Assembly: GCA_965113315.1 (NCBI GenBank)
Contig: OZ220363.1
Origin: Podarcis vaucheri
Taxonomy: Eukaryota
Reading direction: 5' to 3' (one strand)
Length of the DNA: 64,000 nucleotides
Position numbers and translations under genes: made by a program. Below, piece after piece: positions 25,901-35,900 of this stretch. Every line of letters starts with the position of its first letter. The first letter of the stretch is position 1. The notes beneath the pieces are model-generated. The model saw only the letters and a list, made by a program, of their open reading frames with translations, did no database searches and was not told where the DNA came from.

Positions 25901-28546
25901 TCAGTTACTTTTCTTTTGCCTTGTCTCTTCTGTGCAGCTGACCATTTTACTTTTTTTTTTTTAAAAAAAAAACAGATTGGCCCTTTTAATTCTAAATGGA
26001 AATTTAGTCATTCTTTAAAGTAAGATGGACTTAACTGGGGAATAACTTTTTCCTGGAGGTGCACACAGGGTTGCAGCATTAATTTTCCTTTCTGTTCTCT
26101 CTCCCCCCCCCCCCTTCCACTTAAGTTTGGCCTCTCTTTGCTGTACTTGGTCTTGAGCCGTGGGGAGGAACTGCAGAGTTCAGATTCTACTACAGAGCTC
26201 TTGCAAGACAACCAGTGGTGAGTCTGGGCAGCCTGGCATTTGCTGTGTCTACTTTTCAAATGTATTTCTTCAAAAATGAATGAATTCGTCTGCTTTCAGA
26301 CGAATGCAGATAATCCACAACAGTAAGTGAAGAGTAGTTTGCATAGTTTCTGGTACATGTTGGTAGCACATGAGAAGCAAGTTACTTAGCTCTAGAGGTT
26401 TGCACAATTCCCCCCTTGATTCCATACTGTTACAATTGCCATTGCTGTACTGCATGTGGGGTGGAGTGTGGAGACATTTGATTGCTCATCTGTTTATTGC
26501 CCTTCTTTCAGTGCACATTTTGTCTTTGCCACCATGCTGGCTGTGTTTGCTTGGTGAGGGAAAAGCACTCTGTATTTACTCAAACACTCAAAGCAGGTTC
26601 TTTAGCTGATAAGTTGAGGCTGGTAGTCCTTGCTTTGAAGTTTGCACAGAGATGGCTCACCATGTGCTTAAGAGTCTGTCAAATTACACCTAGGAGTAGG
26701 GCAGCAAGCTTGCAGCTCTGGTGATCTTGTACTGTACAACTTAAGGACTAAGTATACTTGGACCTGTTCTCTTCATCTCAGCCATATAGCATGTGAGAGC
26801 CATAGTTTATTACATTTATGAACCTTCCTTGAGAAGGATCCCAAGGGGAAGGAACATTTTTATCTTAAAATTGCTGGAAAGAGTAGAGGGGGAGGCAGAA
26901 AGCCGCAGCATCCTCTTCTGAAAGTCTAGCACTGTAACCAATTATTGTAAATACCCACATTGATAGGTTCAAGACCTCTCTCCTCCTCCTCCTCCTGTCT
27001 CATCCTTGCAAAAGATCAGTAGCTGGAATATTGATCATGGCTTTTTTAGTGTCTGCTAAAGCTGTCAAGGTTACTTCCTGATTATAATTGTAGCTCCAGA
27101 GGACTCTCAGCTGTCTTCCGTAAACTTGGATCACCGTATTCCTTTTTGCCCTTTCAGCCTCCTTTAATATCAAATGGGATCGTGCTAAGGAAACAACTTT
27201 TCCAGAAATGGTCTCATGTACCAAATGGTCACCAATTGGTAGTCAAATCTAAGTTGTGGCCAAAGACAAATGTTCTGAGAGCAGTGCCCCTGCTGAATTG
27301 ATCAAGTTTGATTTTAGAACAGTGTCATGTGGTGTGAAGTACTGTCAATCTTGCTGTGTCCATCCTTGTTTCCTAAAATATCTGTCAACATGGGGTAATT
27401 GTCTCTTATCTCCCAGTAGTAAATCCCATCTATTTACGGTAAAAAACATTTTACCTGCTCTACATTGCAAATACAATTCTAGAGTGGGTTACAGATTAAA
27501 TCCTATGATGTGGTAGGCATGTAAACTCAAGCGCCTCTCTTGACAAACCTCCACTTCCATGCCCTGCAAGCCATTCTTACAATGACCATTACTTCCTTGT
27601 CTCTGGCAGGACGGAACTGATGTTCATGGCAACCAGAGAGCTTCTCCGGATCCCTCAGGCAGCCTTGGCCAAGCCAGTGTCCACCCCCTCTAATCTCCTA
27701 TCTCTCTTCTCTCGCTATGTTGATCAGCAGAAACTAAATGTGCTAGAGACAAAGTTGCAGTAAGTATTGTCATGTTATCCACACATTAATAGAAGTCAGG
27801 TGTGGAAATGGAGAACGGGAAGGAGAAATCCAATATATATATTGGAGACACGATTTCTCCAATAAAAATTTTAAAATGGAGAAAAGTGGAGAAGATACTG
27901 CTGTGGCACTGATTCTCACACTCACAATAGTTCCACAGTGGGACTAATCGTTGGAAGTGCACTAATAAGGACTGGCTGGAATGAGACTAGTAGTAGTTTT
28001 TTGTAATATTTAAGTTTTTTGTAATATTTAAGTTTTTTGTAATATAGTAGTTTTTTGTAATATAGTAGTTTTTTGTAATATAGTAGTTTTTTGTAATATA
28101 GTAGTTTTTTGTAATATTTAAGTTTTGAGGAAGCTGTCTGGCACGGGTGGGGAACCTGTGGTTCTTCAGATGTTACTGGATTCCAACTCCTATCGGCTCC
28201 AGCCGGCATAGCCCAGGCTTTCTCAACTTTGGATGTTGCTGGGCTTTAACTCCCATCATTCCTAGCCAGAATGGTTAGTGATCAGGGATAATAGCAATTG
28301 TAGTTCAAGAACATCTGGCGGCGCAAGGTTGAGAAAAGCTGGCGTATAGCCAGTTGTCATGAATCATGAGAGGTGTATTCCAGCAGTACCTGGAGGTCCA
28401 CAGGCTCTGCACCCCTTTTATACGGATATGAAACAAAATTGAGCTGGGGGAAAAAGGAATCTGGCTGCAGTGGCTAGAAAGGGTACACATTCTTGACAGT
28501 TCTTGCTGCTTTTTTCTGTTTCAGGTTAATTCAAGGAATACGATAG
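10651..28546 (+). CDS. PATL1: PAT1 homolog 1, mRNA decapping activator / P-body scaffold (Pat1b); 19 coding exons, 765 aa
   Basis: join(10651-10665,16064-16175,16564-16778,16890-16967,17224-17418,18009-18110,18922-19011,19402-19607,19705-19794,21351-21534,21657-21780,22370-22467,22654-22713,23478-23626,24462-24621,25514-25669,26126-26217,27610-27759,28525-28546) = 2298 nt. All introns GT-AG, phases consistent. N-term [36 protein letters not shown], mid-domain [37 protein letters not shown]-term LQLIQGIR* match vertebrate PATL1. Confidence 0.97.
16064..16175 (+). CDS. PATL1: PATL1 exon 2
   Basis: aag|[37 protein letters not shown]|gtgagt. Confidence 0.93.
16564..16778 (+). CDS. PATL1: PATL1 exon 3
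   Basis: cag|[31 protein letters not shown]|gtgtgc. Confidence 0.93.
16890..16967 (+). CDS. PATL1: PATL1 exon 4
   Basis: cag|[26 protein letters not shown]|gtgcag. Confidence 0.9.
17224..17418 (+). CDS. PATL1: PATL1 exon 5
   Basis: cag|[46 protein letters not shown]|gtattg. Confidence 0.92.
18009..18110 (+). CDS. PATL1: PATL1 exon 6
   Basis: tag|[34 protein letters not shown]|gtagtt. Confidence 0.9.
18922..19011 (+). CDS. PATL1: PATL1 exon 7
   Basis: cag|[30 protein letters not shown]|gtaaac. Confidence 0.92.
19068..19209. mobile_element. Palindromic hAT-type MITE
   Basis: Long self-complementary arms (ctccagaagttgctggactc..gagttcagcaacatctggag). Same family as 33850-33986. Confidence 0.7.
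19402..19607 (+). CDS. PATL1: PATL1 exon 8
   Basis: cag|[40 protein letters not shown](R)|gtatcc. Confidence 0.88.
19705..19794 (+). CDS. PATL1: PATL1 exon 9
   Basis: tag|[29 protein letters not shown]|gtgagt. Confidence 0.92.
21067..21306. mobile_element. Tc1/mariner (Tigger-like) MITE
   Basis: TIRs cagtggtaccttggtt / aaccaaggttccactg with TA TSD. Confidence 0.85.
21351..21534 (+). CDS. PATL1: PATL1 exon 10
   Basis: cag|[43 protein letters not shown]|gttggt. Confidence 0.95.
21657..21780 (+). CDS. PATL1: PATL1 exon 11
   Basis: tag|[41 protein letters not shown]|gtaagt. Confidence 0.93.
22370..22467 (+). CDS. PATL1: PATL1 exon 12
   Basis: cag|[32 protein letters not shown]|gtaagt. Confidence 0.94.
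22654..22713 (+). CDS. PATL1: PATL1 exon 13
   Basis: tag|[20 protein letters not shown]|gtaagt. Confidence 0.92.
22973..23104 (-). mobile_element. Penelope-like retroelement terminal (pLTR) fragment
   Basis: Resembles the reptile PLE terminus (..gaaagctcatac..ttagttggtctttaaggtgctac..cagaccaacacggctacc). Flanked by the direct repeat CTTTTAAATGAA (22961-22972, 23105-23116). Confidence 0.75.
23068..23105 (-). ncRNA. Minimal type I hammerhead ribozyme motif
   Basis: Minus strand: GUAU-CUGAAGA-A-GUGUG(CAUG)CACAC-GAAA-GC-UC^AUAC. It has both catalytic boxes, a 5-bp stem II, palindromic AGCU in place of stem III, and a 4-bp stem I. Confidence 0.65.
23130..23315 (+). mobile_element. CR1 LINE 3' end fragment
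   Basis: aactttctgac..ggactctccttcc..gaggtttttaagcagaggttggatggccat..ggtcccttccaac..attctatcattcta. Confidence 0.8.
23478..23626 (+). CDS. PATL1: PATL1 exon 14
   Basis: tag|[36 protein letters not shown]|gtaaga. Confidence 0.93.
24462..24621 (+). CDS. PATL1: PATL1 exon 15
   Basis: cag|[35 protein letters not shown]|gtaaac. Confidence 0.95.
25514..25669 (+). CDS. PATL1: PATL1 exon 16
   Basis: cag|[26 protein letters not shown]|gtttct. Confidence 0.92.
26126..26217 (+). CDS. PATL1: PATL1 exon 17
   Basis: aag|[30 protein letters not shown](W)|gtgagt. Confidence 0.92.
27610..27759 (+). CDS. PATL1: PATL1 exon 18
   Basis: cag|[49 protein letters not shown](Q)|gtaagt. Confidence 0.94.
27991..28126. 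repeat. 18-bp minisatellite, about 7.5 units
   Basis: Units TAGTAGTTTTTTGTAATA and TTTAAGTTTTTTGTAATA. Confidence 0.95.
28142..28417. mobile_element. Nested palindromic hAT-type MITEs (inner element 28214-28341)
   Basis: Outer arms ggggaacctgtgg / ccacaggctctgcacccct are interrupted by an inner element with TIRs caggctttctcaac / gttgagaaaagctg. Confidence 0.6.
28525..28546 (+). CDS. PATL1: PATL1 exon 19, terminal coding part
   Basis: cag|G TTA ATT CAA GGA ATA CGA TAG (LIQGIR*). Confidence 0.9.
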
Positions 28547-29688
28547 AAGGCCTCAAACTGCTGCCACACTGGTCTCCATCACTGCTGCCACCTCCAGAGT
28601 ATTTTAGAGGGTGAAGAGGAGGCAGTGCCTTCTCAGAATAAATCCTTGTGGGATTGTGTCTCTGGTCCAGCACAGAAGATTGCTCTCTTGCTCTGAGCTT
28701 GGCTGGGGATGTGCTTACCTTCTCCGCCCCTCATTGCTAGTTTGCAGTTCTGCATGTCCTTGCTGCATTGAATCACCCCAAGCCCCCCCCCTTTTCCCTC
28801 AGCACTTTCACAATAGCTTTCCCTCCCTACACAGACCCCTTTCTCCTCAGCGCACTACTGATGGACTAGCAAGGAAAGTAGTTCCGCTTTTCTGTCTCCT
28901 GTCACTAAGAACACCGGCCTGGGTAGGAGGAAGTGAATAGTCCACATTTATTGTGGAAATGGAGAGACCTGTTGGTGTCTCCGTTATGTTGGGAGTGTTT
29001 TTAAATGACGGGAAGTCCCTCTGATTGGCCCACTGGTGACTCTGTCTCCCCACCTCTTCCAGTGCCACATGCCTCAGTATGGCGTCACCCAGTCCTGCAA
29101 ACTGATCCGCCTTTTCTGAACCTTGTGATGAAGCAATGTCATCTTTGCACATTTGTCTAGTCTTCCTGAGACTCACTTTCTACCTGAGCTTTTTGTCTGA
29201 CCTACACCTTGCTTCAAGCTCCAGCTGGCCAAGATCCCTTGTAGACTAACCAATAAGGTACCAGGAATGAATTTTCCTGGAACAGATTAATCTTAGTGAG
29301 TTTCAATATCATACACTGCTAGGTCCTGCTGTTTTCTTGCTCCTTTTTTTTGGAATGTGGTGAGGTTTTTTTTTTTATTCTTTCTTTGCTTTTAAAAACA
29401 ATTTGCACATGTAGGTATTCTACAACCAGTAAACGCCTGTTACTAACTGGCTGCCTCTCCACAGTATTCTCCTTACACCTCCCTTAAATCCAGATTTCTA
29501 ACTTACTTTCTCACACCTTCCCTTTTCCTACATCCTTTCAACCTTTCTTAATCCTTTTCCTCTACTCTTTACTCCTCTCCATAAACACGATCAAGTGGTC
29601 CATTATTATTATTATTATTGTGCTTTTACTTTTTGGTTTGGTTATGATTAATGAAATTTCTAAATTTACATTTTTATAGGGTATTGTA

Positions 29689-29694
29689 AATAAA
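29689..29694 (+). terminator. PATL1 polyadenylation signal
   Basis: AATAAA after a U-rich 3' UTR with upstream TGTA, followed by GT-rich downstream sequence. Confidence 0.7.
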
Positions 29695-30074
29695 AAAAAA
29701 TTCTATACTTGTGGGGAGTGTGCATAGTGTTCTGTGTATGGATTTTGCTTTTTATAAACTAGGGGGCTGTCTCATTCAGGCCCAAACAGCAGGTGTTTCC
29801 GTATGGGCTGCTGATGCTTGACAAATCTAATATAGTAGTAAAGTGTGAATAAAGCCTCTAAGAAAAAATAAACATTTTGCATGAATCAGTTAAGTACATT
29901 GCCTTAGGTGGTACTACCCCACATCAGTTCTCTTCATTTTTCCTCATTGCCATGGAATGGCTTGTTGGCAGGGATTAGAGCACACCTTGGCCCAGGAATT
30001 TGGCATATCCCTTGGAGCTGCACTTCAGGGTTTTATCCATTGCCATATCCACTATGCTTAATTGTACTCAGGTA

Positions 30075-30311
30075 CAGTGGTACCTTGGGTTACAGCTGCT
30101 TCATGTTACGTGTTTTCGGGTCGCGCACCACGCCAAACCTGGAAGTACCAGAACGGGCTACTTCTGGGTTTTGGTGCTCGCACATGCGCAGAAGCACTAA
30201 ATCGGGCTTTGTGCATGCGCTGAATTGCAACCCATGCGTGCACAGACACGGCGCTGTGGGTTGCGAACGTGCCTCTGGCACGGATCACATTCACAACCCG
30301 AGGTTCCACTG
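30075..30311. mobile_element. Tc1/mariner (Tigger-like) MITE
   Basis: TIRs cagtggtaccttgggtt / aacccgaggttccactg with TA TSD. Confidence 0.85.
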
Positions 30312-30324
30312 TACAGCTGTCTGT

Positions 30325-30594
30325 CAGGGCTGGGAAGCCTTTGCCCCCTCCAGATTTTGCTGAACTACAACTCCCAACAGCCTTGGCAAGCATGGCCAAT
30401 GGCCAGGGACGACGAGCTGTAGTTTAACATCTGGAGAACCAGAGTTTTTTTTTTCAGCCAGAGCTCAGCTCTAGTATCTCTTAGGTGGGTGCCACTGCCA
30501 TTCTAAAAGAACAAGGGAGAAGTTCATGGTGAGCTCCGGCACCTCTTTTGTTAGAAAAGTAGCACTGTGGGGAGCCAAATGTTCCCTATCCCTG
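30325..30594. mobile_element. Palindromic hAT-type MITE interrupted by a second hAT-like element (30440-30567)
   Basis: Inner ends cagagttttttt / aaaagtagcactg. Imperfect 8-bp TSD tggagaac / tggggagc. Confidence 0.6.
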
Positions 30595-31699
30595 GTCTAT
30601 GTAAAGGTTTTTTTTTTTCTGTCGAGGGCTGCATTCCCTTGAGAGAAATCTGAGAGCCAGGGTGGTCAGAATACCCTTTCTCTCCCCGCCCCCCCCCCTT
30701 CTCCTGTACCATCCTCTTCTGCTTTCAGGATTTTCCTTTTGCCACCTGCATGAAATTAGGCCTTGCTCTAAGACTAGTTATATGTAGACAATGCTAGCTT
30801 TTCATATTCCCCCCATTAGTGTTTTTCAGTTTGTGTTCTTGGCTACCTTTAACAAAAAACAAACGAGCTATCTTAACATTTCTTGAGCTCCTTCTAAATG
30901 TTACATTGCTAGGTTAGGATTAAGATACTGTGAGGGGCAACAGTTACTAAGCTTAAGGGAAATCAGCCCTTTTCCACAACATGTTAGCCAGCTCTTGCAG
31001 CAAAGAGCAAACGAGATTGCCATTTAAGATTAACAAGGTTGGATTTTAAATGGTTTTTCTTGTAAGAAATTCAGGTGCAGATTTATTAACAGTGGTAGGG
31101 CAACAACAGCCGTAAGAAAAATACATTTGAACAATTGTTTATTACTGCATTTATGTTGCCTTTCTGTGTGCACTTGAGGTGGTAACCATTTGAAATAACT
31201 TAAAACAAATAATAAAATGGAAAGATGGAGCAACCCAGCAGTTTATCTCTCAAGGTTTTGGTAATCTGTTCAGGAGGAGAAAGCGCAACGATTGTCACTG
31301 CCAGCTTAAGAGTTCATCACACTGGCCATTTCAATACCCAGTCACCCAGTTTGGAGCAATCTGCTTGGAACTCTTCACAATCTGTGTTTTACCACCCTGA
31401 ATAATTTGATGTCTAAAGCAAACACGGTTATCCCTAACTCTAGATTGTGTAAAAAGCACCAACCTCAAGAGATCCTTGGGGGCCCCCACTTTCCTTTGCC
31501 AAGAACTCACCATTTTATTCCTACTGATCCATAAGGGAGCTGGTCCTGTTAGCCCAATGCCGGCAGGATTATCCCATAACGTGTTGTAGTACCCCTTCAG
31601 TGTAAGTTTTTGCAGCCATATATTTGAGCTCCTACCTAAGCCAATTTTTGGAGGAATAAGACCTAAATACATTTGCTTGAAAGTTAAGTTCTTAAAACG

Positions 31700-32900
31700 G
31701 AGTTGTCAGGCAATTTGGGGCCAGAACCTTAAGTGAGGCTGGAATCTTATGCGCGCCCCTGGAACCCGCTAGACGTGTGTCCTGGTAAACAGGAACAGGA
31801 TTGGGCAGCTAGGGTGCAAATGGCATTGGGTCTGGAGCTCTGGCTCGTCCTCTTCACAAGCGCCCATTACCGTTGGCTCTCAAATGTCATTCGCCATCTA
31901 GCCAACCGAGCTCCCGTTCCACGATGACGTCAGAGACAGCGTCTTTGCAACGCCCCCCCTCCATGAGCTGCTTACTGGTTTTTACCTGCAAAGGACAAGA
32001 GAAGAGGCCAATAGGAGCGGCGAGAAAGAAGCCTATTGGGAAGCGAACGACGCCGCCTCACCGGCCAATGCAGCTTCAAGCCACGCCCCCTGGGCATATT
32101 TGGACCACTAGCAGCCGCGGAGGCGGTGCCAAGCGGGACTCCGGCCCCTGGAGTGGGCGTCGCTGCTAATGGGGAGGGTTGGGTGACGGCGCGACGCCCA
32201 TCGTTTGGGGGGAGGGAGAAGCCAAGAAGGAGGGAGGCGCTCAGCCTCCGGCGGTTCCTGGTCTCTCGTTGGCCGAGGCAGTTCGGGGCTCGCGAAGGCG
32301 GCGGCGGTGCTGCGCGGTGCCATGTCGGAGTTACGAGCGGCGGGACCCGGCCCAGCGACGACGCCTGGCGGAGCGGGCGGCCCCATCGCCTCCGCCCCAG
32401 GAGCGACCTGTGGGCCCGGCCCAGCGCCCCCGCTACCCTCTCCCGGGCCTGGCGGCGGAGGAGGCACCCTGGGCCCTGGGGGACCGGCCCCAGGGGGGGT
32501 GACAGGCACTCCAGGGGGGAGCTCTACTTCCGCTTCCGGGTCCACCAGCTCCACTTCCGGGTCAGCCCGCGAGGGCTGGCTTTTCAAATGGACCAATTAC
32601 ATCAAAGGGTATCAGCGGCGCTGGTTCGTGCTGAGCAACGGGCTCCTGAGCTACTACAGGTGAGGCCACGCCCCGTCTGCCGGCCCTGCCAGGGTGGCCG
32701 GCCACGCCCCTTTCCTGCTCCGGTCACACCCAGGGCGCCTCCCAAGGCCTGTGACCCTCTTTCCCTTTGCCCGGCCTGCACCCGGTTGGGCATTCCTCCC
32801 CCTGGCCAAGCCTGCGTGGCAGGAGCAGCAGCAGTAGCCTCCTCTGTGTGGAGCAGCCACTTCACTGCCACGTGGCATGAGGGTGTCACGGCTTAGCCAC
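31700..32900 (+). promoter_or_regulatory. CpG island / OSBP promoter and first exon
   Basis: CpG-rich. Palindromic CRE TGACGTCA at 31925-31932. Three CCAAT boxes at 32008-32012, 32035-32039 (reverse) and 32065-32069. Sp/KLF-type GCCACGCCCCC at ~32080-32090. Confidence 0.85.
32322..32659 (+). CDS. OSBP: OSBP exon 1 (Gly/Pro/Ala-rich N-terminus and PH start)
   Basis: gcc [46 protein letters not shown]|gtgagg. Confidence 0.92.
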
Positions 32901-35900
32901 GTCTTGAGAAGCATCAGGGGGCTTCCACACCTCTAAGTCTCCCCTCAGCTATTCTGCTTTACATTCCTACCCCCACCTCAGATATGCATGGCATGTACAG
33001 TGGTACCTCGGGTTACAGACTCCACTAACCCAGAAATAGTACCTCGGGTTAAGAAGTTTGCTTCAGGATGAGAACAGAAATCGTGCTCTGGCAGCAGCAG
33101 CAGGAGGCCCCATTAGCTAAAGTGGTGCTTCAGGTTAAGAACGGACCTCCAGAACGAATTAGGTTCTTAACCCGAGGTACCACTGTACTGCATTCTGACA
33201 TGAAGATGAGGGTGATGATAGCCGCATTATTTCCCCTTTCTCCACACCTGCGACATTCTGCGGCTTTCTCCTTCCCTTGATGCCAGCCAGCAGAGAAGCC
33301 AAATGTGTTCTAAGACACCCTCCTCCTCCTCCACATCCTTGGCAGCATTTCTGGGCCACATCTTTTTGATTCTCTGTTGCAGCCAATGGCATGGGCAACA
33401 CACAGTCTGAGAGATACATCCTCTGTGATGTGTTTTGGTGTACAGTACTTGATACTTAAAAAGAAATGCAAAAAATGTAGGCCTGTTGATATAATGCTAT
33501 GATGGTCACAAGCCATCTTTCCAAAAGACCTGTGTTCTGGGTGTGGCGGATTTGGCAGAGGTAACTATCACAGGCAATGGTAGCGGTGGGGCCATGTAAG
33601 CTGGGAATAGAAATAGCTTTTCTGAAATCACTGCTTCTAACATTCCTTGGTTAGGAGAGAAATTCTTCCCAGCAGGTTAGAAGCTGCACATAAGCTGTAT
33701 TTGCCCTATGCATCCTTCCCTTGTTAGGATTGAGAGCTATGTTCAAATTCCTGCTTGGCTGTGGAGCTCAACAGGTAGCCTGGGGCAAGTAACTTAACTC
33801 TCAACTTAATCATCCTCATTGTGAAAAAAATTAGGATAACCCTGTACTCCAGGCACCCCCAAACTTGGCCCTTCATATGTTTTGGGACTACAGTTCCCAT
33901 CATCCCTGACCACTGGTCCTGTTAACTAGGGATGATGGGAGTTGTAGTCCCAAAAACATATGGAGGGCCGAGTTGGGGGGGGGCTGCTGTACTCCATAAA
34001 GGAAGGCTGTGTTACAAATGTAACGAAACCAAACAATGAGGCCTTTTATTTATGACGAAACCTACCTTGAGTTACTTACTTAAACTGTGAGTTCCCAAAC
34101 CATCCGTGCTTCAAAACTTTTCTTCAAATGCTTCAGTTTCATGAGTCTTCTGCAAATGCAGAAACAAATACTTAGCATTATATGTTGCCTGTCTCTCTAA
34201 GCAACCCTTCATAGCTTTCAGTGCTGTGTTGTATGTCTGCGCCACCCTTGTGTTTTCACATAAATGTTACTCCATATCACTGATGAATAGTAAAGCCCCA
34301 GCAGTTTTCACCTACTTTCTTCCAAACTCTATGTGCATTCCTATTCCAGCTACCTCTGCATGTTAAGTGAACATATATTTGTGAATTAGACAAATCTCTT
34401 CAAACAATTGCAGCCCAGCTGGTGCCAAACATACTGCTCTGCTTTCCTTTGGACCACAGCAGTGAGGCTAAGAGGAGGGTTTTGTTGCCTGGGCAGCCCA
34501 GGATCTCCATACACACTGCCCAAGCTTGCACCTGTTATGCTTACTTCAACTAATTGTATTCCACTCATAAAACAGGAGGATTGTCAAGCAGCATATCAAA
34601 CAGAACTTCTGGAGAAAAACTATTATTCCAGCTACCTTACTAATCAAAAGTATGTTGAAACTAACTTAATGGAATGCCTCTGAGATTTTTAGGGAGAGAG
34701 CTCAAGTTCTCATTTTTGCCCCTGCTTTGCTCTTCGGCTGTGTTATTTCCTAAAGAGAACGGAAATCTAAGTAGTGGGAGGGTGAATGGAGATATGGAAT
34801 AATGAGAAGTGTTTCTGGAATCTGGGCTCCCAATCTTACGCATGTTTGCTCTCATTATAGTCAATGACACTTGCATCCAAGGATAGCAGCCCTAATCCAT
34901 GGGTGGAGAACTAGATTTGGCCAATGAGCCAGATTGTTATTTTCCCCACCTCTTGTGGGTCAAGGTTGACAGGTGGGTGGAGCCTAATCCAGTGTCCTGT
35001 AATAATTAGCTGTGTAGCAGGTGTTGCCTTACTATGCCATATGCATCTTTTCTTCTCTGTTGATGTTCTTTTGCATTGCTGTTAAGTCTGGAGTGCGAAT
35101 GAGGCTCCTTCAACATCTTTCCCCTTGCACATTTTTTGTGGGGCCTCTGTTAACTTAACATTTTGAACTAAAAGTATGCTTTTTCAGAAACAGACCTTGA
35201 AGGTGCAGTAGTAAAGGGAATAAAGAGTGTGGTCAAATAGTAATAAGGAGTCTTGTGGCACCTTAAAAGCAACAAATTTATTGTTGCATAAGGAAGGTTT
35301 CGTAGATCGGAGTCCACTTTGTCAAATGCATCAGGACTCCAACCTTGAAAGCTTTTGCCATAATAAATCAGCCTGTTAAATGCCTGCTAAGAGGCTAGAA
35401 GCTCCTCCTCCATGGCCAGCATGGGAAAATAGGCTAGTGGCATCTTAGCAGGCATGTGTATGTGTGTGTGTGTGTGTAACCCCTTCGTTTGTGGCCAGCA
35501 TGAAATGCAGCAGGTTAGTGAAGGAGGAGTAGCACATTTCCTTCTTCCACCAACCTGTTCACTTACCTGCATGGAAGTCCTTGTTGCAAAATGCAAGGTT
35601 GTAATAAATCCATTAGTCTTTAAATAGCCACAAGACTTTGATGTGTATGTTACAACAGACTAATATATGGTGGTGACCAGTTTGACAGAGAAAGAGCCCC
35701 TTTTCACTAGTGGGTTACAGGAAAGATTATTCGCCCAGGTTTAGGAAATTCTTGTTATTCACTCATAACTAGCTAAGGGCCCATCTGAACTGTGTTCTCA
35801 TTCACTCATAGACTGTGTACTCATTCACCCAATAAATCTTGTCCTCTGACCTTGCAACTTATTTCATTGTCCTCTTCAACCAGTGACATCTTGTTGGTTG

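Noticed and set aside
27991-28126. Regular repeat array as a possible CRISPR
   Set aside because: Units are directly adjacent with no unique spacers, there are no cas genes, and the DNA is vertebrate.
27922-28209. Minus-strand ORF with YYKKLL repeats
   Set aside because: It is the translation of the 18-bp minisatellite plus MITE sequence inside an intron, with no gene context.
32036-32896. 286-aa plus-strand ORF and 162-aa antisense ORF over OSBP exon 1
   Set aside because: Alternative frames of a GC-rich CpG island where stop codons are scarce. They have no recognisable domain, and the long one runs through the splice donor.
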